A DNA stretch of 30,506 bases from a virus (lineage: Duplodnaviria; Caudoviricetes): IMG/VR virus record IMGVR_UViG_3300020045_000159, positions 1-30,506 of that record; one strand, written 5' to 3'. Numbering within the stretch: the first letter of the stretch is position 1; each line of letters begins with the position of its first letter. Of this stretch, positions 15,972-24,887 are shown one piece after another. The notes below the pieces were generated by a model. It was not told where the DNA came from, did no database searches, and saw only the letters and a list, made by a program, of their open reading frames with translations. Made by a program: the position numbers and the translations under genes.

Positions 15972-16022
15972 CTATTTCTAAACCTTATCAAACTAAACTA
16001 TGAAAAACTATAATGCAATATG

Positions 16023-17255
16023 CTAAATCTTTTTGGTTAAATCAAAATAATAATCCGTATGGCTTATTTCCCCTCCAAACTTTGTAATTGTTTCGATAGA
16101 ATATCCTGAATAGCAATCTCCGAAATTATGTTGCACCCAAGCAGATGGAGGAGCAAAGCTCATGTAATTGCGATAGTCAAACTTCTTTGTCCTTGAATAA
16201 CCTATACGATGCAAATCGCCTTTCTCTAAGTGAATGTACTTTGTAGCTATATTATAATGGTCAATATAATCATTGATAAATGAAATAGCCTTATCGTTTA
16301 ACTCGAATGGCAACCCCTTAAACATATACTGGGAATCTTTCCCATGTGTTAAAATGTATGTATGATCCCCATAAGTGAAATGCTCCATAAACTTATTGAG
16401 AATATAGAAATTAACCGATTCGTTTGAATAAGTTCTTTCTAATAGCATCTTAATCGTTAAGTTGGCTATTGAAGCAAAGCTTCCCGAATGATTATCATTA
16501 GCCACATTACGAACTAATACTTCGTTTGCAATACCAGCTTGAATACAATTCTCAATTAAGTTTAATTTACCCTCAACAAATACTCTGAAAGCATCTTCAT
16601 TATTCATGTTTTGCTCAAGAGGATGCCCCCCTCTTGTAGTTTGCCCATTCCACCCATCAAGCCCATCTCCCAAGTCATCAATGATAAGTAAATCAAACTT
16701 CCCATTCTGCTTGTATTCTTTTAAAATACTATTGAATACCTTATCAAGATTAGCTTTGAATATATCCTCATTGTACTCATAAGCAAATAAAGACTTATTT
16801 TGTGGATTAGGCTCTAAGCCAATGTGCATATCAGACAAGGTAGCCTTAATTGCTTTAGGAGATAATAGCTTATGGTATTCTATTACTCTTAGTTCATCGG
16901 GATTATAAGCTGAAACAATTTCTTCGATTACTTTCTTGTAATCGGTTTCGCCTTTATCGCCTCGAACATGAACCGAATATTGCTTGCCCTTGTACCAATA
17001 GTTACTAACATTTTCTAAAGGTAAGCCAACTGCTTCACATTCTGTGGTTAAAGCTGGATGGTGTTCTTTTAGTTTGTATCGTTGAACCCTACGAAGCAAA
17101 GCAAGTCTTAATTGTTCTTTCCCGATATGTGGATAAGTGTCAATTAAATGCCTAACGATTGAACCTTGAGTTTCAAATTGCCCAGTCTTATAAAGCTCCA
17201 ATGCCTCAAGACTAACCTCTTGAGTAGTTTTATTTTCTTGATTGCTCATATTCAT
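16023..17255 (-). CDS. Calcineurin-like metallophosphoesterase/nuclease, 410 aa
   Basis: Motifs SDMHIG, GDGLDG, NDNH, THG, GDLH in canonical order. Confidence 0.8.
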   Translation of the reverse strand: MNMSNQENKTTQEVSLEALELYKTGQFETQGSIVRHLIDTYPHIGKEQLRLALLRRVQRYKLKEHHPALTTECEAVGLPLENVSNYWYKGKQYSVHVRGDKGETDYKKVIEEIVSAYNPDELRVIEYHKLLSPKAIKATLSDMHIGLEPNPQNKSLFAYEYNEDIFKANLDKVFNSILKEYKQNGKFDLLIIDDLGDGLDGWNGQTTRGGHPLEQNMNNEDAFRVFVEGKLNLIENCIQAGIANEVLVRNVANDNHSGSFASIANLTIKMLLERTYSNESVNFYILNKFMEHFTYGDHTYILTHGKDSQYMFKGLPFELNDKAISFINDYIDHYNIATKYIHLEKGDLHRIGYSRTKKFDYRNYMSFAPPSAWVQHNFGDCYSGYSIETITKFGGEISHTDYYFDLTKKI

Positions 17256-17397
17256 TCATTAGCTGATCCACCAAGAACTCGATGTTATTGGCAAGTTTCA
17301 TTTTTAGGACAAATGTAGCATCATCTGCATCGTTTATTTGTTGCATTACATCAAGCATAATGTCAAGAACTTGTGCAGTTGAAAGCTTATCATTCAT
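17230..17397 (-). CDS. Small hypothetical protein, 55 aa
   Basis: Start re-assigned to ATG 17397 (ATGA overlap). Confidence 0.55.
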   Translation of the reverse strand: MNDKLSTAQVLDIMLDVMQQINDADDATFVLKMKLANNIEFLVDQLMNEYEQSRK

Positions 17398-17750
17398 CGG
17401 ATTAAAAAGCAAGAAGTTACTATCGTTGTGATTAAAAAGAAATTCCTTTGCCATCCGTTTCTTTTGCGTTTAGAATCGCTTATAATAAACGATTTTTCGG
17501 TTTCATATATCTTTGATTGTCTATCGTAATTTTCTTGCGTTAGAATCGAAATATACTTGGAATTTAAGGAATCTTTTTTAATTAACAACTTCCTTTCTTG
17601 TAAATCATGGATAATAGTATCCATTAAAGTAACTGGTAAACAAATTTGTTTACCTGAATGTCCGATAATTTTGTATGAAATTTGTCCTTTGGCTATCTGA
17701 AAGAGTAAAAGGAATCCGATTAATAGAGGAATCGACTTTAATGATTTCAT
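17394..17750 (-). CDS. Putative spanin-like lysis protein (signal peptide, coiled coil, C-terminal TM), 118 aa
   Basis: MKSLKSIPLLIGFLLLFQIAKGQ...RNFFLITTIVTSCFLIR; overlaps upstream membrane gene after endolysin. Confidence 0.5.
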   Translation of the reverse strand: MKSLKSIPLLIGFLLLFQIAKGQISYKIIGHSGKQICLPVTLMDTIIHDLQERKLLIKKDSLNSKYISILTQENYDRQSKIYETEKSFIISDSKRKRNGWQRNFFLITTIVTSCFLIR

Positions 17751-17880
17751 TTTGGATTGTGATTTGTTGTGAGATTGGCAAAGTTTGAGGCTTTTCTTTG
17801 CAAGATTTGTAGATAAATGCCACAAAAAATAAAAGCAGTAAAGAAGTTACTGCCTTGATTAAATTAGTGTATTGTTCCAT
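17650..17880 (-). CDS. Putative spanin-like membrane protein, 76 aa
   Basis: MEQYTNLIKAVTSLLLLFFVAFIYKSC: N-terminal TM then Cys; directly after endolysin. Confidence 0.5.
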   Translation of the reverse strand: MEQYTNLIKAVTSLLLLFFVAFIYKSCKEKPQTLPISQQITIQNEIIKVDSSINRIPFTLSDSQRTNFIQNYRTFR

Positions 17881-18325
17881 AAAGGTCTGCTTCTTCTTTT
17901 CTGCGACACAATAAGCCATCTAAAACTTTTCCGTTAGCCTTTGTCCATCGCATAAACTCATTCTTAATTGTTTTGTCGTTTGGATCGAGATTAACCTTTC
18001 GAATTAATGTGCTTCCCTTTAATGCTTGCAAGCCTATGTTGTATCCTATGCTTACAAGTGCATCAAATTGATTCTGATTAACTTTATCTGTCGTAAACGA
18101 ATCAACACCCTGCTCGTAATGTTTGAGCATATTTAGGAGCATCGTATCGGCTTCCTTTTGTGTAATTGGTTTGTCGGTTAGTTTTACCTTTCTACCATCA
18201 GGATAATAAGTAGCCCCATACCCGATAGTCGGAATAGAACTTGGGCAAAGATAAGGTTTAGATTTAAACCCCTCGTATTTTTTAATCAGGTTTAACCCTT
18301 TTGCTCCGATTTGGTTTACTTTCAT
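17864..18325 (-). CDS. Endolysin, GH24 phage lysozyme
   Basis: EGFKSKPYLCPSSIPTIGYG (E-x8-C-x5-T triad), NQNQFDALVS..YNIG, GL..RR.EE. Confidence 0.95.
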   Translation of the reverse strand: MKVNQIGAKGLNLIKKYEGFKSKPYLCPSSIPTIGYGATYYPDGRKVKLTDKPITQKEADTMLLNMLKHYEQGVDSFTTDKVNQNQFDALVSIGYNIGLQALKGSTLIRKVNLDPNDKTIKNEFMRWTKANGKVLDGLLCRRKEEADLYGTIH

Positions 18326-18590
18326 CTAATCCAAGTTTTTGTTTTAATTCGGTGTTTTCACTTCTAAGGCTATGGACCTCTTGGGTAAGAGCATCAACTT
18401 TATCTCCTAACTCCTTTACTTTGTCGGACATCTCTTGTGCCATCTCCCTCCAAATTTTAATTGCTTCCTGTGTATTAGTTATTTCGCTTCCTTGTACTTC
18501 GACATTCTCTTTTTTCCTGCCGATTAGCCAAGTAACAAATGAAGCTATCCCACCTGTAATTGATGGCACTATAATGTCATCTAAATTCAT
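18282..18590 (-). CDS. Holin-like single-TM coiled-coil protein, 102 aa
   Basis: N-terminal hydrophobic helix then RKK and a long coiled coil; immediately upstream of endolysin; start at ATGA overlap. Confidence 0.5.
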   Translation of the reverse strand: MNLDDIIVPSITGGIASFVTWLIGRKKENVEVQGSEITNTQEAIKIWREMAQEMSDKVKELGDKVDALTQEVHSLRSENTELKQKLGLDESKPNRSKRVKPD

Positions 18591-18907
18591 TCTGCCCAAG
18601 GTAAAGGAAGTACAACAATAGGAGGATTCTTTTGAGCCTCGATTGAGCTAACAAGTCCAGCATCAATAGTAGCTACATCAAGTCCAGCATCAAGCCAAGA
18701 TTTAACTTGTGCTTCTGTTAAGTTAGGATAGGCAGTAAAATCGGTTTCGGATGGTGTTGGGCAAGACATAGTGCCATAAGATTCTGCGATAAATTCGCCA
18801 TCAATAGCTTTTCTCCGCCAATGAATTAAACTTACCACATCAAGTAAATCGCCAGCTTGTGGCTTTGTGTCAAGTTGAACAATTATCCAATCAAGTGTTA
18901 CTACCAT
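18587..18907 (-). CDS. Tail-fibre-associated hypothetical protein, 106 aa
   Basis: F.AY.NLTEAQVKSWL and LPW end; follows fibre genes. Confidence 0.6.
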   Translation of the reverse strand: MVVTLDWIIVQLDTKPQAGDLLDVVSLIHWRRKAIDGEFIAESYGTMSCPTPSETDFTAYPNLTEAQVKSWLDAGLDVATIDAGLVSSIEAQKNPPIVVLPLPWAE

Positions 18908-18911
18908 ATCT

Positions 18912-19301
18912 TTATAGTTCTATTTCTTCTGCTTTTTTAAACTCAACTCCCGAAATCCAACCTTCAAGGAATGAATAAATATCAAGTCCATCAGGATTAA
19001 TAACAGGGATAGGAGTGAAATTCAAAGTAGTTAAAAGTAAATCTTTTATCTGCTGATTTAATTTCTTAACTCCCTCTTTATTAAACGAATAATCGCCCTT
19101 TTCGTTTGTAATTAAATTACCATCTTTATCCACCGAAGCTGCATCTAATCGAATTTCTTCACGCTTCTCGTTAAATTCATCAATAAAAGGCTTTAATCTC
19201 TCGCCAATCTTGACTAATTTCTTTTGCCCTTTTGTCTTTGATTCGCCTACATTCGCATTTAATAGCTGAATAAGGCTTAATAAATCTGCATTTGTTTTCA
19301 T
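18912..19301 (-). CDS. Hypothetical helical protein, 129 aa
   Basis: ORF track; follows fibre genes. Confidence 0.65.
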   Translation of the reverse strand: MKTNADLLSLIQLLNANVGESKTKGQKKLVKIGERLKPFIDEFNEKREEIRLDAASVDKDGNLITNEKGDYSFNKEGVKKLNQQIKDLLLTTLNFTPIPVINPDGLDIYSFLEGWISGVEFKKAEEIEL

Positions 19302-19333
19302 TTTGTGTTGTTTTTTTATGCAATATAATAAAA

Positions 19334-20860
19334 TTATACAATATGAAGATACCCACTACCATCTCGCCATAAATCTCCAGTTACTAAACCTGTTGGAGAA
19401 GTAGGCAATATCGTTGTATTAATAGTATTATGCTTGATTGCCATTGCTTCGATCCATGTTGCAGTTGAAGATTTAGCCACCACAAATTTAATAGTCGAAT
19501 TAAACAATAAACTTGGTGCAGTTCCGTAGATAAAGCCTGCTTGCCCAAGTGTGTCATAGCCGAATCCGATGCCTCTAAATTGCGTTTCATTTTGCATGAT
19601 TCTTGCCACCGCCCAAAAGGTAGTTGAACCTAATTGTGTTGCTATGCTTCCATTACCATTAACATGGATATTTAAAGCCAAAGAAGCATTTGCAGCCGTA
19701 CTTGCACCGATATAAACTCGACCATTATTTTCTACTCGCATTACCTCGCTTGCTGCACCCGATGGCTGGAATCCGATAACATTATTACCGCTATAAGTAG
19801 TGTGGTATATTCCCGAATCTGTTAATGAAGTAGAACTTGACCACATTGCAATTCGGTTAGTTGTTCCGCTTCCTGATACCCCTCCACCACCAGTTCCGAT
19901 AGCCGTTCCGTTTACCTTAAATGTGCCTGTGATATTAACATCTCCTGCCACTTGGAATGCTCCGCCACCAGTTATGCCCGTAGTACCAATTCCGACAATT
20001 GATCCATTATCAAAGATATTAGAATTACCAATGAAGTTAGAGCTTGTCCACTTGGTAACATAGTTCGTAGTTTGTGTACCTGCAAAGACATTACCTCCGC
20101 CTCCACCACCACTACCGATTGCAACCCCATTAATTTTAAATTGCCCACTAATGTTTACATCGCCAGCAACTTGTAATAATCCACCTCCACTAACTCCACT
20201 TGTTGTGCCTATTAATACATTCTTTGTAGCATCAATTCGCATTGCTTCGCTAAAGGACACATAGAAGCCAAAAAATGAAGCGTTAATAGCCATTGGAATT
20301 GCTCCGTATGAATTATTAACCGCATTTATAAAGATTGAATCATCTGCGGAAAATAAGGTAGTTCTACCAACTCCAAAGTTTAGATTGGCAAATGGCTGAA
20401 CGGCAAATTTATACAATGGTGTTGTAGTGCCAACTCCAAAGTTAGTACCATCATCAAAGGCAATTGAGTTTGTTACTGATGTACTGCTTGACCATTTAGT
20501 TAGATAATTAGTAGTTCCTGCCCCTGATATTCCACCGCCTCCACCTGTGCCAATTGCAACTCCGTTTACTCTAAATGCTCCCGTAATATTAATATCTCCT
20601 GAAACATCAATCTTGTAAGCTGGATTAACTACACCAACCCCGACATTACCTGTGTTATAATAGATGCTTGTTCCGTTAGTTGTCCATTGCGTAGCAGGGG
20701 ATGTAGCCGTTAAGATATTACCACTTGAATCAAAACCCAAATATCCTGCAACCGTACCCGTGAAAGATGTTGTAGAAGTGTAAAAGGGGAATGTCAATCT
20801 TCCTGATGAAATCCCTTTCACATAATTTATTAACTCGCTTAAATCAGTATTTTTTGACAT
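19334..20860 (-). CDS. Tail fibre protein 2, 508 aa
   Basis: G/T/S-rich; three GD(I/V)NI.G.F..NG.AIG.GGGG...TTN...KW-type modules and GNVGVG/VGIGT repeats. Confidence 0.75.
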   Translation of the reverse strand: MSKNTDLSELINYVKGISSGRLTFPFYTSTTSFTGTVAGYLGFDSSGNILTATSPATQWTTNGTSIYYNTGNVGVGVVNPAYKIDVSGDINITGAFRVNGVAIGTGGGGGISGAGTTNYLTKWSSSTSVTNSIAFDDGTNFGVGTTTPLYKFAVQPFANLNFGVGRTTLFSADDSIFINAVNNSYGAIPMAINASFFGFYVSFSEAMRIDATKNVLIGTTSGVSGGGLLQVAGDVNISGQFKINGVAIGSGGGGGGNVFAGTQTTNYVTKWTSSNFIGNSNIFDNGSIVGIGTTGITGGGAFQVAGDVNITGTFKVNGTAIGTGGGGVSGSGTTNRIAMWSSSTSLTDSGIYHTTYSGNNVIGFQPSGAASEVMRVENNGRVYIGASTAANASLALNIHVNGNGSIATQLGSTTFWAVARIMQNETQFRGIGFGYDTLGQAGFIYGTAPSLLFNSTIKFVVAKSSTATWIEAMAIKHNTINTTILPTSPTGLVTGDLWRDGSGYLHIV

Positions 20861-20861
20861 C

Positions 20862-23800
20862 TTATTTTGCTTCTAATTTTGCATTTAATTCCTTGATTGC
20901 TTGAACTAAAATAGGTACAATCTTTGAGTAATCCACCGATTGCATATCTTTTCCATCTTTAATACCAGTTACTGCAAAAGGTAAAACTTCTTGTAATTCG
21001 TGTGCTAATACACCATCCATTCTATTAGATGAATTTTTAAATTTAAAGTCATAAACATTAATTTTAGAAACTTGTTCTAACCCTTTTATTGGCTTTAAAT
21101 CTTCTTTTAATCGGTAATCGGAAGTGATGTTATATGAAGTTGTTGTGCCATTTCCTTGAATATTACCAGTTTGTGAGCCTGCACTATTTCTAAAAGCAAC
21201 ATAATATTGATTAGATGCAGTATATCCATGTTGAATATCAATTCCCCAAATTAATTCATTAGTATAAACATTTAATTTTTCAGTAGGATTTGTTGTTCCA
21301 ATACCTACTTTACCATTTGAAGTAATTCGCATTGCCTCTGTCGAATTAATCAGGAATTTAAAATACGAATCAGTTTGAAATGATGCCGAATTTGAATACC
21401 TGAAATAGAATGTTAAATCCCTTGCTGTACCTGCCCCATCTAAAACTAAACGATTATTAGCATCGTTAAAATAAAATGCACTTGTGGCTGCCGCTACTAC
21501 AAATTTACCACCTAGTTGATATGTATCAGGACTTGTTGTGCCAATCCCCACATTTGTACCATTGTCGTAAATTAAGGAATTAGTTATTGCACTTGTACCA
21601 CTCCATTTGGTAATGTAGTTTGCCGTTCCTGAACCTGTGATTGTTCCTGATGCAATAGCAACCCCATTGACCCGATAAGTTCCTGTGATGTTTACATCGC
21701 CTACCACATCTAACTTGTATGCAGGATTAGTTAATCCGATTCCAACACTACCATTTGCGATAATACGCATCGCTTCATTTGCCGTTGTAATGAATCGTAA
21801 GTAATTCGTAGTTGAAGACCATGAGCCACCCTCAATAGAAGCGTATTCAGTATTGCCATATCTCGCAAATACTAATTGGTATCCATCATCAATGTTTATA
21901 CCTGCATCGTTTACCGCAACTAATCCTGTAACATGGAATGGGGCAGTTGGATTTGTCATACCTACTCCAATATTACCATTGGCAATAATTCTAAGTCTTT
22001 CTAAGTAATTGGTATGAAATGTCAAATAAGATGCTGCCCCTGTTGAGCCAACCCCAGACATAAACGCATAACTTGCTCCTGCATCTAAATCTCCAATTAA
22101 GAAGCCTTGTCCATCTTCAACCCATACTGCACCATTATTAGAATATATGTTTCCAAGCACTTCAAAAGAACCTCTTGGGGCTGGAGTATTAATACCAACA
22201 CCAACAACCGTTTCGCTGATTGTTGAATTAGTTAAGTTAGAACTTCCCGACCATTTTGGAATGTATCCAGAAGTTCCACTTCCAGTTATCCCACTTGTTA
22301 AGCTTGCGACATAGTTAATAATATCAACAATATCATTGGCAACTAATCCTGTTGCTAATACAACCGTTGTGCCATTTGTTGCAGTATAATCACTTGCGTT
22401 TAGTCTTGCACCATTTACATAGACATCAACTAAGCCAGCCGTATATCCTCCAACAATAGTAAAAGTCGTTTGTCCTGCCGTTGCAATAAATGAAGATACA
22501 TTTCGCATCCCCGATCCAACCGAAATACTCCAGCTTCTATCTGCACTTAAATCGTAAGCCGTTCCATTAATCGTTAATACCCTACTTTGTGGAGTATAAA
22601 TTGTGTTGTCATAGCTGATTGTACTACCTGCTATTTTAACGAATCCTGTACCGCTTAAAGCTTGTTGTTTTGCACTAAAGTAGTTCCAATCCGCACTTGT
22701 TACATAGCCATCAGTGGTTGCAGTTGCTTGGCTAATTGATATAACATTTGAAGCGATACTCAAAGGAGAAGTTGCACTTAAAGGCAACTGAATCGCTGCG
22801 TTTTTCCAAACATCTAAAGTCGAATCGTAAACTAATCCTTGATTGTTAGTTGGCGATGTGATTAGCACATTGTGCAATTCATCTAACTCAAAGCCGTTAT
22901 CAACTTTGGCAAATATCTTTCCGTTATTAGCGTGAGCATAAACGACATAACCTACTGTTACTGCGTGTTGTGGAGCAACTGGTTTTACCTTAGTCAAATA
23001 ACCTGCGTGGTCGGGAGATAAATAAAGAATATCCCCATCTAACCAAGTTTCAGAACTTGCCCAAGATTTAGCACCTGTTGTATTAATGCCACTAACATTA
23101 CCAAAAGTAGTAATGAATCCCTCTTGATTGTCTGCGATGCTCTCTGTAACTATACCAATAGTAGTAGCCGAATTCATATCGTTACTACCTTGAGCCAATA
23201 ATACCGCAAGCCTTTGACCTTGTGCCCCTCCCTCTGATACAGAACGAACTCTTACCGCCCTAAAATCTGCTTCGTTTAATGTTGCACCCGTTTTATTAAC
23301 TACTCGAACTACGCTTTCTTGCCCGATTTGCAAGGTAACATTACCGCCTTTTAGCTTCAAATCAGCCGTACCATCGGAATCGTTCCAAGTCATTGTACCA
23401 GCAACCGTAGGAGGATTCGTTGGAGTTGTGTCTAAGCCAAGCCAATTAGTCTTGATTCCCCATTCTCCAAGATCGGAGTTCTTGATTGCACCTAAATAAG
23501 GGATTCTGTCATCGCTATCCGAAATCTCAACATAGACCTCATTAATCGCATCCCATCGCCAAAACTTATTTGCATCTAAGGTAATGTAATAAGTATCGGT
23601 ATTACCAACAGTAGGCAAGTCGGCAAAGGTATCATATTCAGCGATAGAGAGATTATTTTCTCCTCTATTGATATTTACCTCAACTAAGCTTGGAGTGATG
23701 TTTAAAACGACATTTTCAGTTGCATCCGTAACTACAACATCTACGATATTAACGCAAGTATTTGCATCTACCGTAACAACTTCGGTAATCAGATTTTGGG

Positions 23801-23963
23801 TTACATCAATATTAACCTCCACAACTGATGGAGTGATTGTTAATTCTACATTCTCCGTGGTTTCGAGAACATTGATATCAATGATTTGGTCAGTCGGAGT
23901 TGCGGAAATAAGAATATTATTAGTGATTTCCGTAACACCAATTTCGATGTTATTATCACACAT
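20862..23963 (-). CDS. Long tail fibre with C-terminal intramolecular chaperone (peptidase S74) domain, 1033 aa
   Basis: Multiple MRI...G.VGIGT repeats; SDYRLKE...GVLAHELQEVLP.AV...VDYSKIVPILVQAIKEL. Confidence 0.9.
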   Translation of the reverse strand: MCDNNIEIGVTEITNNILISATPTDQIIDINVLETTENVELTITPSVVEVNIDVTQNLITEVVTVDANTCVNIVDVVVTDATENVVLNITPSLVEVNINRGENNLSIAEYDTFADLPTVGNTDTYYITLDANKFWRWDAINEVYVEISDSDDRIPYLGAIKNSDLGEWGIKTNWLGLDTTPTNPPTVAGTMTWNDSDGTADLKLKGGNVTLQIGQESVVRVVNKTGATLNEADFRAVRVRSVSEGGAQGQRLAVLLAQGSNDMNSATTIGIVTESIADNQEGFITTFGNVSGINTTGAKSWASSETWLDGDILYLSPDHAGYLTKVKPVAPQHAVTVGYVVYAHANNGKIFAKVDNGFELDELHNVLITSPTNNQGLVYDSTLDVWKNAAIQLPLSATSPLSIASNVISISQATATTDGYVTSADWNYFSAKQQALSGTGFVKIAGSTISYDNTIYTPQSRVLTINGTAYDLSADRSWSISVGSGMRNVSSFIATAGQTTFTIVGGYTAGLVDVYVNGARLNASDYTATNGTTVVLATGLVANDIVDIINYVASLTSGITGSGTSGYIPKWSGSSNLTNSTISETVVGVGINTPAPRGSFEVLGNIYSNNGAVWVEDGQGFLIGDLDAGASYAFMSGVGSTGAASYLTFHTNYLERLRIIANGNIGVGMTNPTAPFHVTGLVAVNDAGINIDDGYQLVFARYGNTEYASIEGGSWSSTTNYLRFITTANEAMRIIANGSVGIGLTNPAYKLDVVGDVNITGTYRVNGVAIASGTITGSGTANYITKWSGTSAITNSLIYDNGTNVGIGTTSPDTYQLGGKFVVAAATSAFYFNDANNRLVLDGAGTARDLTFYFRYSNSASFQTDSYFKFLINSTEAMRITSNGKVGIGTTNPTEKLNVYTNELIWGIDIQHGYTASNQYYVAFRNSAGSQTGNIQGNGTTTSYNITSDYRLKEDLKPIKGLEQVSKINVYDFKFKNSSNRMDGVLAHELQEVLPFAVTGIKDGKDMQSVDYSKIVPILVQAIKELNAKLEAK

Positions 23964-23965
23964 AA

Positions 23966-24304
23966 TTATCGTGTTATTTCGGGAGTGATATTAAAAGTAC
24001 CTTGAATATAAGTCTTAACTATACCACTTGCAAAAGTGATTTGAATATCATATTGGTAAGTATCCGCTACTATGTCAATGATTTGCTCGTTGATTTTGAA
24101 TTGACCTAATGAAGCAGCCGTAATTGTAATGCCTGCTGAACTTACAGAAGTGAGCGATAAAGCTGGTGTTACATCATTTGCATTCTTACGCAATTGCATC
24201 TTAATAACCGCACCAGTTAAGTTTACTGCTACCGTATCTATTTTTAATTCAAAGGCTACCTCGTTAAAAGTATCACCTTTTATATGTGTAAAATTAAGAC
24301 TCAT
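23966..24304 (-). CDS. Putative baseplate/fibre-attachment protein (BppU N-terminal-like), 112 aa
   Basis: KGDTF...VNLTGA.IKMQLR...YQYDIQI...G.V.TYIQG pattern; precedes fibre. Confidence 0.55.
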   Translation of the reverse strand: MSLNFTHIKGDTFNEVAFELKIDTVAVNLTGAVIKMQLRKNANDVTPALSLTSVSSAGITITAASLGQFKINEQIIDIVADTYQYDIQITFASGIVKTYIQGTFNITPEITR

Positions 24305-24416
24305 TGCTTATCTGTTTTAAAAATATTTGTAATTTCTTTACATTCTTATCTTTTGGCTTATACTTACCTCTATAAGTACCAGCCTCCGAAATTTGCTTCT
24401 TTATCGGGATAGACAT
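24294..24416 (-). CDS. Possible small basic overlapping ORF, 40 aa
   Basis: MSIPIKKQISEAGTYRGKYKPKDKNVKKLQIFLKQISNES*; spans an otherwise empty gap. Confidence 0.35.
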   Translation of the reverse strand: MSIPIKKQISEAGTYRGKYKPKDKNVKKLQIFLKQISNES

Positions 24417-24870
24417 CTGCGTTTGAATTTGTGTTGTATTCAGGAAAACTTGATTGATTAAAGCTCATATAGTCAATGAATCTACGAGTATAATTCTCCG
24501 CAATGCTTCTTTCTTTTTCAACTAAGAAATCAACTTCGGATTTTTCGACATTGGTGCTATTTTCGCTACCATGCTTGTAAACCCCTTTGTTAGCTATTGT
24601 GTAAGCTGCGAATGGCATATACTCAACCATTGACCAATGTATTACCATCGGCTTAATATACACATTTAAAAGCGTTAAATATGGATTAGCTAAGGTATTA
24701 GCTACAATATCATTGTTAATCTTATTGAAAAGCTTTGTGCCAAGATAGTTTTGGATATGAATATCTTGTGCAACCTTTACCCACTGAATGAATTTGTCTG
24801 TGTCTATATTGCCATTTAAGGCAGTATATTTAACAATGTCATCACGAGTAACAAAAAGAGCCTGTGCCAT
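24370..24870 (-). CDS. Putative head-tail adaptor, 166 aa
   Basis: AQDIHIQNYLGTKLF motif; helical; directly after portal. Confidence 0.6.
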   Translation of the reverse strand: MAQALFVTRDDIVKYTALNGNIDTDKFIQWVKVAQDIHIQNYLGTKLFNKINNDIVANTLANPYLTLLNVYIKPMVIHWSMVEYMPFAAYTIANKGVYKHGSENSTNVEKSEVDFLVEKERSIAENYTRRFIDYMSFNQSSFPEYNTNSNADVYPDKEANFGGWYL

Positions 24871-24887
24871 GTTTATTATTTAATAAA

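Noticed and set aside
16000-16026. Plus-strand mini-gene MKNYNAIC
   Set aside because: Only 8 codons with no supporting promoter; better explained as part of the antisense-like 3' UTR
19321-19327. Housekeeping promoter (TATATTG) upstream of 19301
   Set aside because: Imperfect match to TAnnTTTG in very AT-rich DNA; not supportable alone
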